From assembly GCA_038317055.1 (NCBI GenBank), contig JBBQBA010000004.1:1-39630 (forward strand): 39,630 bases of DNA, given 5' to 3'. Made by a program: the position numbers and the translations under genes. Numbering within the stretch: the stretch's first letter is position 1; every line of letters starts with the position of its first letter. Origin of the DNA: Candidatus Saccharimonadales bacterium. Its GTDB lineage: Bacteria > Patescibacteriota > Saccharimonadia > Saccharimonadales > DATKHC01. The notes under the pieces are model-generated. The model saw only the letters and a list, made by a program, of their open reading frames with translations. It was not told where the DNA came from and searched no databases. Of the stretch, positions 1-8,281 are shown piece after piece.

Positions 1-314
1 TCTCAGGCAGGCTCTTTAATAATTAAATCAAACAATAGTTACGACTCGAGGTCAGCTATTCGGCAGTCATCAAATGGATTTAGGGATAACCATTTTCAAA
101 AAACCCTCGCTCTTTATATAAAACACCTCCCAAAACTCCACCTCACACATAAGTCTCTCAATCTTCGATAAGTATTAAGGAGTAAGTTGATTTTTAATCA
201 TCTTCGTAAAGCTCCTTCAAGACCAATACTTAACGAACAACAAAAACAAAAACAACACAACAAAAATAAAAAGTTGGCTGCTGATTAGGTGACCTTGCAA
301 AAACAAAAATAGGC

Positions 315-1232
315 ATGAAAAATATACACCACAAAAATAAAAACAAAAATAAACACGATCCCGTATTGCTTGAAGCAGTACTGAAGTATCTAGGTCCTAA
401 GCCAGATGAATCATATCTGGATGTAACCGCAGGATATGGAGGTCACGCCAAAGTGATAATGGAACGGACTTTAAAACCCTCACTAGTAACTCTAGTAGAC
501 CGTGATAGCAATGCTATTACGTATCTAAACGAGCAGTTTGCTGGCTTAGATATTGAGATAATCCAGGAGGATTATTTATCAAAGTCCAAAGAATTACTAA
601 AAAACGGTAACAAGTATAATATTATTTTTGCGGATATTGGCGTATCGTCACCGCACCTTAACGAAGCGAGTCGTGGATTTAGTTTTAAATCCGATGGACC
701 ATTGGATATGCGGATGGACCAAACTCAAGAGCTAATGGCTTCAGAAATAGTTAATCACTATAAAGAAGACAAACTTGCCAAATTAATCAAAGATTATGGG
801 GAAGAGCGAAGAGCTAGGAAAATCGCTGGAACGATTGTTAGAAATCGACCAATTCATGGTACAGAAGAACTTGCGCAAATAATAAAAAGTATCTCACCCG
901 GATACAGTAAAGTTCATCCAGCAACTCAGACGTTTCAAGCGATCAGAATTGCCGTGAACAATGAACTAGAACAACTTAGACAGGCACTTCCTGTATGGGT
1001 TGATCTGTTAGAACCGGGAGGGCGGTTAGGTGTAATTAGCTTCCATAGCTTAGAAGATCGTATTGTAAAACAGTTTTTCAAAGAACTGTCTGTAAATAAA
1101 TATGATTCCACGCTAGAGTTAATCACCAAACGTCCGATCATTGCTGATCGAGAAGAAATAGTTATCAATCCGCGTTCTCGTAGTGCTAAACTACGAGTCG
1201 TTGCAAAAATAAACAAAAAAGGAAGGGAGTAA
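315..1232 (+). CDS. rsmH: 16S rRNA (cytosine1402-N4)-methyltransferase RsmH/MraW
   Basis: HxPVLL start, DVTAGYGGH SAM-binding motif, DIGVSSPHL, GFSF..GPLDMRM, ISFHSLEDRIVK, NPRSRSAKLR. Confidence 0.97.
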   Translation: MKNIHHKNKNKNKHDPVLLEAVLKYLGPKPDESYLDVTAGYGGHAKVIMERTLKPSLVTLVDRDSNAITYLNEQFAGLDIEIIQEDYLSKSKELLKNGNKYNIIFADIGVSSPHLNEASRGFSFKSDGPLDMRMDQTQELMASEIVNHYKEDKLAKLIKDYGEERRARKIAGTIVRNRPIHGTEELAQIIKSISPGYSKVHPATQTFQAIRIAVNNELEQLRQALPVWVDLLEPGGRLGVISFHSLEDRIVKQFFKELSVNKYDSTLELITKRPIIADREEIVINPRSRSAKLRVVAKINKKGRE

Positions 1233-1236
1233 GTTA

Positions 1237-1296
1237 ATGCCAATTCAGGTAAAAAACCTCTCCCGGGCGTACAGGGTTAAAGTCCGAGTAGGATAG
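1237..1296 (+). CDS. Putative 19-aa leader peptide MPIQVKNLSRAYRVKVRVG
   Basis: ATG 1237 preceded by purine-rich GGAAGGGAG (1221-1229); TAG at 1294-1296 lies inside a hairpin. Confidence 0.4.
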   Translation: MPIQVKNLSRAYRVKVRVG

Positions 1297-1340
1297 TCCT
1301 GTACCACCGACTCCTACTTGCACTTCGGTGCAAGTAGGGG
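1264..1340 (+). promoter_or_regulatory. Two-hairpin structured RNA element between rsmH and ftsL-like gene
   Basis: GTACAGGGTTA(1269-79)/TAGTCCTGTAC(1294-1304); CTCCTACTTGCAC-TTCG-GTGCAAGTAGGGG (1311-1340) with a cUUCGg tetraloop; G-U pairs favour the + strand. Confidence 0.7.
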
Positions 1341-1382
1341 CCAAAAAAATAAATATAAACGTAAAAACAAAAATAAAAAAAT

Positions 1383-1730
1383 ATGACATATTCAAACTCA
1401 ATGGCGGTAAACCGTCAAAGATTCTCTACCAGGAATCAAAACACAACCAATTTTAGAGAAGACAGGGGTAGAATAGGCCCAATAAGTAATACGATTATTT
1501 TAATTGTATTAGCTTGCTTACTGGGCTTATTATATTTGACTCAAGTAACTAAGACTAATGCCTATAGTTACAAGATCAACTCACTGCAAACTCAACAGTC
1601 ACAACTTCAATCTGAACATGATCAGCTAGAAGTTAATGCCGCGAGATTGCAATCAGTTGAAAGAGTTGCAGCTAGTTCTGTAAACCAACAACTGGTAGCG
1701 GTAACCCCTACAGCAACAGCACAAAACTAA
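1383..1730 (+). CDS. FtsL-like bitopic cell-division protein
   Basis: Short cytoplasmic N-terminus, one TM helix, coiled coil; position directly after rsmH. Confidence 0.75.
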   Translation: MTYSNSMAVNRQRFSTRNQNTTNFREDRGRIGPISNTIILIVLACLLGLLYLTQVTKTNAYSYKINSLQTQQSQLQSEHDQLEVNAARLQSVERVAASSVNQQLVAVTPTATAQN

Positions 1731-1810
1731 AAATGTTATGAACCAACTCCTACGTCAGATAACTACAAGTGTTCGACCTCTATTTCTAAGGTATAATATG
1801 GAGTGCGTTT

Positions 1811-2854
1811 ATGTATCAAACTATTAGTCTACATATAAGTTCACAACATCTGTTACATATTCTCTTACTAGCTTTTGCTAGCTTTGTAATTAGTATGATT
1901 ATTACCCCTATATATACTAGGGTTGCATATAAAAATGAATGGTGGAAACGTCAACGCAACGATAGTTGGTCGGGTGGCGAAGCGACCGTTTATAAGAAAT
2001 TACATGCTGAAAAACATAAGCGTCATGTACCGACAATGGCAGGGCTTATCTTTATTACTTCAATTACGTTGGTGACTTTGTTTTGGAATTTAGATAGAAG
2101 TCAGACCTGGTTGCCCCTTGCAGCTATGGTTGGATCGGGTTTAATTGGACTTGTTGACGATGTTATCAATATAAGAGGTACAAATAAAAGTCTTGCAGGT
2201 ATGAGAAGTAAGCTTAAGTTTATGCTCCATAGTGGGATAGCTCTATTAGGTGGCTGGTGGTTCTTTGATAAGCTCGGGGTAACATCTATATATATACCGG
2301 GTTTTAATAATGTCCACATTGGTTTTTTGATCATTATTTTATTCTGGTTTGTAGTGATTGCTACAGCTAACGCAGTAAATATAAGTGACGGATTAGACGG
2401 ATTGGCGGGCGGATTATTAAGTTCATCCTTTGGTGCATATACCGTAATATGTATTTTTCAGGGCAAGTATGCACTTGCTGGGTTTTGTCTAACTATTGTC
2501 GGTGCTTTAATAAGTTACACTTGGTTTAACATATTCCCGGCGAGGTTCTTCATGGGAGATGTGGGCTCGTTTGCTCTGGGTACGGCTCTAGGGGTGGTGG
2601 CGATGCTGACCAATACTATTTATATTCTGCCAATTATAGGTATAGTTTACGTCGCTGAGACTGGATCAGTAATTATAAATCGAACTTCAAAGAAGTTAAG
2701 ACACGGTAAGAAAGTATTTTTAAGTTCACCAATTCATCATCATTTTGAAGCAATCGGTTGGCCTGAGACTAAAGTAACAATGAGGTTTTGGTTAATAGGT
2801 CAAATCGGAGCTATAGCTGGGATAGTGTTATTTCTGCTGCGGAGTCACGTATGA
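1811..2854 (+). CDS. mraY: Phospho-N-acetylmuramoyl-pentapeptide transferase MraY
   Basis: PTMAG, GLVDD, NAVNISDGLDGLAGG, FMGDVGS, SPIHHHFE..GWPETKV; multi-TM. Confidence 0.96.
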   Translation: MYQTISLHISSQHLLHILLLAFASFVISMIITPIYTRVAYKNEWWKRQRNDSWSGGEATVYKKLHAEKHKRHVPTMAGLIFITSITLVTLFWNLDRSQTWLPLAAMVGSGLIGLVDDVINIRGTNKSLAGMRSKLKFMLHSGIALLGGWWFFDKLGVTSIYIPGFNNVHIGFLIIILFWFVVIATANAVNISDGLDGLAGGLLSSSFGAYTVICIFQGKYALAGFCLTIVGALISYTWFNIFPARFFMGDVGSFALGTALGVVAMLTNTIYILPIIGIVYVAETGSVIINRTSKKLRHGKKVFLSSPIHHHFEAIGWPETKVTMRFWLIGQIGAIAGIVLFLLRSHV

Positions 2855-4113
2855 ATCAGCCCAGACGTAGACCACCTCCGCAGGCATCTACTTATGAAAA
2901 AAATGGCACTGAACTCTTAAGAAAGCACCGACCAGACTACGCACTTGTAATAATCAGTGCGATTTTGTTAGCTGTGGGCCTAATTACTATTTATGCAATT
3001 AGTCCTGGTTTATCTCAGTCAACTAATACTAGTGCCAGCTACTATGTAATTAAACAAATGATTGCTATTGGATTGGGTCTTATTGGCTTCGCTGTAGTTG
3101 CCTATTTGCCGGTAGAGATATGGCAAAGATACCTAAAACAACTAATTATCATCAGTGTTGGAGCAGCTTTGGCAGTAAGACTCGTTGGTCAAAGAGTTAA
3201 TGGTGCATATAGATGGATTCAAATAGGTGGTTTTTCATTTCAAGCAGTCGAACTTATTAAATTTACTCTTTTAATATGGCTAGCTTCATTCTTGGCTCAA
3301 CAAATTAAGGCCGGTAAACTAAAAGATAGCAGGTTGACCCTAAAACCAATTCTATTAGCATTACTTGGAATTGGCGTTGTAGTAGCTGGAATTCAAAGTG
3401 ACCTTGGATCAACTGGGGTGATGGTAATTATGATGGCAACAATGTGCTTTATAGCAGGACTACCTCTTAAAAGAGTAGCTTTAATTGGAGCTATTGTAGT
3501 ATTCGGTCTAGTCATTGCAATCAGTAGCAGTACTTATCGGCGAGATAGGTTGTTTACGTTTCTACATCCTACACAAAACTGTCAAACAACAGGCACAGGT
3601 TATCAAGCGTGCCAAGCTATTATTGCTGTTGGTTCAGGTGGTATTGCCGGAAAAGGTTTAGCTAGAGGCGTACAGGATTATGGCTATCTTCCAGAGAGCA
3701 ATAACGATTCGATATTTGCCGTATATGCTGAGCAGTTTGGATTCATTGGCTCAGTTGTACTTCTGTGTTTATTCTTGGCTTTATTTATTAGATTGAAAAA
3801 TATTATGGAGAAAGCCCCGAATAATTACACAAGATTTATTGTGGCAGGAGTATTAGCATGGTTAGCAGCACAAACTCTTATAAATATAGGGGCTATGGTT
3901 GGATTATTACCGCTAAAAGGTATAACATTACCTTTAATAAGTTACGGTGGAACAAGTATTGTATTTGTTCTAGTAGCTTTAGGATTAGTCTTTAATATAT
4001 CGCATTACACAACTGCGAGAATAACAGATGAAGAAGGTAGCAATAATGAAAATTTTGCTTTGCGGGGGCGGGACAGGCGGTCATATTACGCCAATCTTGG
4101 CGATCGCTCATGA
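2851..4113 (+). CDS. ftsW: SEDS-family peptidoglycan polymerase FtsW
   Basis: NGAYRWI, FQAVELIK, QSDLG, AVGSGG..GKG, YLPESNNDSIF, LPLKGITLPLISYGGTS; start moved to ATG 2851 (ATGA overlap with mraY stop). Confidence 0.93.
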   Translation: MNQPRRRPPPQASTYEKNGTELLRKHRPDYALVIISAILLAVGLITIYAISPGLSQSTNTSASYYVIKQMIAIGLGLIGFAVVAYLPVEIWQRYLKQLIIISVGAALAVRLVGQRVNGAYRWIQIGGFSFQAVELIKFTLLIWLASFLAQQIKAGKLKDSRLTLKPILLALLGIGVVVAGIQSDLGSTGVMVIMMATMCFIAGLPLKRVALIGAIVVFGLVIAISSSTYRRDRLFTFLHPTQNCQTTGTGYQACQAIIAVGSGGIAGKGLARGVQDYGYLPESNNDSIFAVYAEQFGFIGSVVLLCLFLALFIRLKNIMEKAPNNYTRFIVAGVLAWLAAQTLINIGAMVGLLPLKGITLPLISYGGTSIVFVLVALGLVFNISHYTTARITDEEGSNNENFALRGRDRRSYYANLGDRS

Positions 4114-5188
4114 GATAAAAAAGAATAATCCTAACGCGCATATTATATATGTAGGGGAACATGGTGGTCGGTTTGGTCATCTTGTTAAAAATTTAACTTC
4201 GATTGATGAGGTTAAAACAGTTTATGCTGGCAAACTCAGGAGATATCATAATGAATCCTGGATAATTCGGATTCTGGATGTAAAAACTAACTTGTTGAAC
4301 TTAAGAGATTTGTTTTATGTTTTGATTGGATTTTTCCAAAGCCTTTCATTATTGCGCCAAACTAAACCGGATATCATTTTTCTGAAGGGTGGTTTTGTTG
4401 GACTACCTTTAGGATTAGCTGCAGCATTTAAGAAGAAGCCATATATTACACATGACTCAGATTCTATTCCAAGCCTAACCAATAAGATTGTAGGCAAATG
4501 GGCGGTTTTTAACGCTACCGGAACAGAAAGTGGTCTATATAGTTATCCTAAGCATAAAATGCAGTTTGTAGGTATTCCTGTGGGGCCAGAATTTGAAGAG
4601 ATAACTAAAGCCATAAAAATAAGAGACCGAGCAGATATAAACATTTCCGAAAATGCGAAATTACTAGTTATTACTGGTGGGAGTCTTGGTGCGGTAAGAT
4701 TAAATCAATCAGTTGTGGCAATAATCGAGAGATTATTTGAACAAATAAATGATCTATATGTTGTACATCAAGTAGGCAAGGGGAACACTGGTATTTACAA
4801 AAACTTTACTCACCCACACCTTAAAATAGAAGAATTTATAGCTAATTTATATAAATACACCGGTGCGGCAGATAGCGTTATTACAAGAAGCGGTGCAAAT
4901 ACTGTAGCCGAACTGGCTGTGCAGGGGAAGGCTATAATAATAGTGCCAAATCCCGAATTAACAGGGGGACATCAGACTAAAAATGCTGCCCAATTAGCTT
5001 CAAAAGATGCTGCAGTAGTGATATCTGAAAAGGAACTAATAGAAAATCCTGACACATTATTAGTAAAAGTATCTGACTTATTAAACAACAAAGTTAAACA
5101 GATTAAATTAGGTGAAAATTTGAGAAAAGAAGCAGTTCCCGATTCTGCTTATAGGATAGCAATGTTATTATTATCATTGGTTAAGTAA
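4046..5188 (+). CDS. murG: Undecaprenyldiphospho-muramoylpentapeptide beta-N-acetylglucosaminyltransferase MurG
   Basis: GGGTGGHITP, KGGFVGLP, TGGSLGA, RSGANTVAE, HQTKNA; likely start MKILL at 4046, overlapping the ftsW 3' end. Confidence 0.95.
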   Translation: MKILLCGGGTGGHITPILAIAHEIKKNNPNAHIIYVGEHGGRFGHLVKNLTSIDEVKTVYAGKLRRYHNESWIIRILDVKTNLLNLRDLFYVLIGFFQSLSLLRQTKPDIIFLKGGFVGLPLGLAAAFKKKPYITHDSDSIPSLTNKIVGKWAVFNATGTESGLYSYPKHKMQFVGIPVGPEFEEITKAIKIRDRADINISENAKLLVITGGSLGAVRLNQSVVAIIERLFEQINDLYVVHQVGKGNTGIYKNFTHPHLKIEEFIANLYKYTGAADSVITRSGANTVAELAVQGKAIIIVPNPELTGGHQTKNAAQLASKDAAVVISEKELIENPDTLLVKVSDLLNNKVKQIKLGENLRKEAVPDSAYRIAMLLLSLVK

Positions 5189-5198
5189 AAACTAAACA

Positions 5199-6107
5199 AT
5201 GAAATTAAGAAAAAAGAATCAAAAATTAGACTTAAGTCGAAAACGAACAGGAAGTACTACGAACGGTCGTGCTAAAACTTTTAGTTATCATTCAGTTCGT
5301 TCTAATAATGAAACAAACACAGGGCGGTCAAATATTAATGTTCAGGCAAAAGCTTCAAGTAAACCAAAAACTAGATGGTGGCATCATATCCCAAGTTACC
5401 TAGCAATAATTGTCGTCGTTGGTTCAATAATGTATACGTTAACGCTAAGTACTAACCCAAAAGTTACGATTGTAAATGTATCGAATCAAACAATTGTTCA
5501 GCCCGCTAGCGTTTATAAGCAAGCTGCACAAACTATTTTTAATAATTCGATCGCAAATAGAACAAAAATAACGATAAATACCGATAAATTAGCCCGTGAA
5601 ATAGAACATAATTATCCTGAAATTAATGCCGTTTCTATAGTAATACCTCTGTTAGGACATCAACCTATAGTTGAAGTTCGCCCTGCACAGTCAATAATTA
5701 TTTTATCCAACCCACAGGGGCAATTTGTTATAAATCAACAAGGAAACGCAGTTCTTAAGCTTACCGATTCCATTGTTAATAAATATAATCTGCCTGCGGT
5801 TAGCGATAATACCGGATTTAAAGTCCAATTAGGTAAGGAAGCATTACCTGCTACCTCAGTAAAATTTATTAAGACAGTAGTTGATCAATTTGCTGCTAAG
5901 AAAGTACCTATAGAAAGTATGACACTATCAACTAATCCTTATGAATTAGACGTGAAGGTAAGGGGAGCACCGTACTTTATCAAGTTTAATCTATTGAGTG
6001 ACCCTCTATATTCAACAGGGACCTACTTTGCTACCATGAAACTTAATCCAACTCCGTTAACACAGTATATAGACGTACGGATTCCTGGCAGAGCATATTA
6101 CAAGTAA
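5199..6107 (+). CDS. FtsQ/DivIB-like cell-division protein
   Basis: Basic cytoplasmic N-terminus, one TM helix, POTRA-like region, C-terminal YIDVRIPGRAYYK; follows murG. Confidence 0.75.
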   Translation: MKLRKKNQKLDLSRKRTGSTTNGRAKTFSYHSVRSNNETNTGRSNINVQAKASSKPKTRWWHHIPSYLAIIVVVGSIMYTLTLSTNPKVTIVNVSNQTIVQPASVYKQAAQTIFNNSIANRTKITINTDKLAREIEHNYPEINAVSIVIPLLGHQPIVEVRPAQSIIILSNPQGQFVINQQGNAVLKLTDSIVNKYNLPAVSDNTGFKVQLGKEALPATSVKFIKTVVDQFAAKKVPIESMTLSTNPYELDVKVRGAPYFIKFNLLSDPLYSTGTYFATMKLNPTPLTQYIDVRIPGRAYYK

Positions 6108-6133
6108 GACCCCCCACTATTCTCCCCCACTAT

Positions 6134-6148
6134 GTTCGGATTTTGTTC
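6134..6148. promoter_or_regulatory. GTTC-N7-GTTC direct repeat (candidate LexA-type box); second copy GTTC-N7-GTTT at 6689-6703
   Basis: ATGTTCGGATTTTGTTCAT and ATGTTCGTATTTTGTTTCAT in the same intergenic region. Confidence 0.35.
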
Positions 6149-6781
6149 ATATATACGCTGTTAGATAAATCTATTTAATTAAAAAATTTGTCGGTAAATA
6201 CAATAAACGCGTGAAAATATATAAAAAGGGTAGAGGGGAGGAGGGGGATCTTTTCACGAAAAAAACTATACGAAACAACAAGCTGTGGAAAAGTCAAATA
6301 TAACAAATAGGTGAATATGTCAAATTATACAACACAGACACTAGAGCGATATATGTCACAAACACTGAATTAAATAAGGATATATAGAGGCTATGTGAGC
6401 AGTGATAGTTAAGTATAAACATCAATATATAAGAATAACCACTATACAGGTGTTTACTCCCCCGTATCAGTTAACCTTATTTGTATAGATATAGCACGTC
6501 GTAAAAGATATATTGTGCGACACTATGTCTATATGTAAATGTTGAGCGTTTATGCTTACTCCCCGCCCCCATTTTTAAAATATTTATTTTAATTTTTGAT
6601 TTTCTTTATGCTCTACTCTACTTAATCGATGCCCCAACTTTATATATTTAAAATCATTAATTCTTATCTCTCCCACTACTCATTAAATGTTCGTATTTTG
6701 TTTCATGTTTATACGAACAGATTTATAACTGGGGTGGCTCATCTGTTGGTAAACAGTTAATATCAGTTAAAATTTGCCATG

Positions 6782-6840
6782 AAAAAACCCAACCTTACCA
6801 TTATTATTCCTCTTTTTACAGAGGTAACGGGTTGGTTGGG
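6782..6840 (-). terminator. Long hairpin plus U-tract ending the minus-strand toxin-like operon transcript
   Basis: Minus strand CCCAACC..CCTCT-GTAAAA-AGAGG..GGTTGGG-TTTTTT. Confidence 0.65.
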
Positions 6841-6911
6841 CTGTTATTCTAACTCCTTATAAGAGATAGTCTTAGATCTAAAGCGATAACACGAGGATCA
6901 AAATGAAACTT

Positions 6912-6985
6912 AGGTGCCTGTGACAGCCCCCGACGTATATCGAAAAAATTCTTCGACACTATCGGAGACTGCCACGAGGCTACCT
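6912..6985 (-). other. About 74-nt imperfect RNA hairpin in the 3' UTR
   Basis: Minus strand AGGTAGCCTCGTGGCAGTCTCCGA..TCGAA/TTCGA..TCGGGGGCTGTCACAGGCACCT; several G-U pairs form only on the minus strand. Confidence 0.7.
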
Positions 6986-7037
6986 GGTTATAACCAGCAC
7001 TACCTCCATTTCTTGAGGGTTACGAATGGCAGCAGTC

Positions 7038-7223
7038 TTAGCGTTTTTTGGACGCTTTGTTTTCCTTGTCAACAAACACGAGGACGATAAATGCAATCAA
7101 AAATCCGATGCCTATTGCACTCAACGTTCCCCAGTCCGCTTTGTAACCAAAGTGTGGAATTACCAACCTTAGTACAAGGGGTAACACTATTGCTGCCACC
7201 AAGAGTGACCAGTACCGCCTCAT
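7038..7223 (-). CDS. Small 2-TM basic membrane protein (61 aa), candidate immunity protein
   Basis: MRRYWSLL.. start overlaps the upstream stop (ATGA); two hydrophobic helices; basic tail. Confidence 0.75.
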   Translation of the reverse strand: MRRYWSLLVAAIVLPLVLRLVIPHFGYKADWGTLSAIGIGFLIAFIVLVFVDKENKASKKR

Positions 7224-7927
7224 CCCGAGACGGAATTTGGCTGCCAAGCGATGACAATGCCAGTCCAGTTGAACAGGATGTTGAATCCTGTTACATATGT
7301 CGGATAAATCCAGTAGCCAAAGGCGTTAAGCGTACCACCTGGACATGCGGTCCAGTTAAAGTGACCTGCTGCTCCGCACCACCATGCGACTAGCCATGTT
7401 GGAGTGTTATAAGCAGCACCCATGGCAGCTACAATCGATGCGGCTTCCACTTCTAGCGCAACAGCACACGAGGCACCGAGAAACAATGCCCCGAGAGGTC
7501 CTCCTAGTACACCACCTAAGGTTGCACATAGTGCTGTCATAGCACCCACATACCCGTGTACCCATGCCGTCAGCAGAATACTTTTCAGGTCTGCATGACT
7601 GAGTGTGAGCAAGTACGTGAAGAGCCCGACACTGACCGAAACATTCGTATGCGGACCTGTGCCACCAGTTGAAGCTTGTTGAGCCTCTAGAGCGGCCAGT
7701 GCTTTCTCCGCTTCAATCGCAAGCTTGTGTGGGTTGTTCTTGAAACCGGGTTGTGCTTGAGTCCAACTCGTATCCCCTTGTGCAGGAATTACGTTAGTGG
7801 TTACAGAAGCTCCCGATAGTGCTTGCGCATCGGTTGGGGTGGTAGTAGCGCCAGCCTGGTGTGGAATTGCCACAGCTCCGAGGGTCACAACCACCACCAT
7901 CAAACATATACTGATTAAGCGTTTCAT
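7220..7927 (-). CDS. Secreted precursor (235 aa) with Gly-zipper/Cys-containing hydrophobic C-terminus, bacteriocin/toxin-like
   Basis: Signal peptide MKRLISICLMVVVVTLGAVAIPHQAGA; CATLGGVLGGPLGALFLGASC; second Cys pair; GC-richer than flanks. The CDS is solid, the function is inferred. Confidence 0.7.
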   Translation of the reverse strand: MKRLISICLMVVVVTLGAVAIPHQAGATTTPTDAQALSGASVTTNVIPAQGDTSWTQAQPGFKNNPHKLAIEAEKALAALEAQQASTGGTGPHTNVSVSVGLFTYLLTLSHADLKSILLTAWVHGYVGAMTALCATLGGVLGGPLGALFLGASCAVALEVEAASIVAAMGAAYNTPTWLVAWWCGAAGHFNWTACPGGTLNAFGYWIYPTYVTGFNILFNWTGIVIAWQPNSVSG

Positions 7928-8161
7928 TTTTCTCTTCTTTCGTTTTCCCTGCCCGGATGTATCAGGTACCGAGTTCTCTTTTACAAGAACCTCACTCATC
8001 CCCATGAGCGACACAAGACCAAACTACTGTCTAGAACGGCCTAATAGCACTAAAATAGTTGGTATTATAAGTCCGTTCTCGACATTAAAGAGAAGCTTTA
8101 GAACTAAATTTTTAAAGATGGCTTTCGCCTTCAACATATAGAATATCTATATGTAAAAGTC

Positions 8162-8190
8162 ACTATACCCCTGTATTGCATATTTGTCAA
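8162..8190 (-). promoter_or_regulatory. Sigma70 promoter of the toxin-like operon
   Basis: TTGACA-N17-TATAGT on the minus strand. Confidence 0.8.
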
Positions 8191-8238
8191 TATTAGTGTT
8201 ATATAATTATGGTTATGTTTTAACCCCTGTTAAAAAAT

Positions 8239-8263
8239 AAAAAAAGGCCAAATGGTCCCTTTT
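8239..8263 (-). terminator. Intrinsic terminator after the sigma4/HARE-HTH gene
   Basis: Minus strand AAAAGGGACCA-TT-TGGCCTTTTTTT; T-run also on the + side. Confidence 0.55.
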
Positions 8264-8281
8264 AGTTTTTTTTACTCGTGT

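Noticed and set aside
124-148. CCAC/CTCC tracts as MraZ operator boxes (also 6111-6133)
   Set aside because: Spacing is not the regular ~10-bp period of MraZ boxes
1-171. Open frame +1 ending at TAA 169-171 as the 3' end of mraZ
   Set aside because: The translation shows no MraZ motif; coding status cannot be decided at the window edge
6228-6248. G-quadruplex GGGTAGAGGGGAGGAGGGGG
   Set aside because: Only three G3+ runs; no supporting context
6108-6780. Replication origin
   Set aside because: Only one DnaA-box match seen and no dnaA/dnaN nearby; GC skew cannot be evaluated here
7928-8014. N-terminal extension of the 264-aa track ORF
   Set aside because: The signal peptide begins at Met30 (7927); the extension runs through leader hairpins
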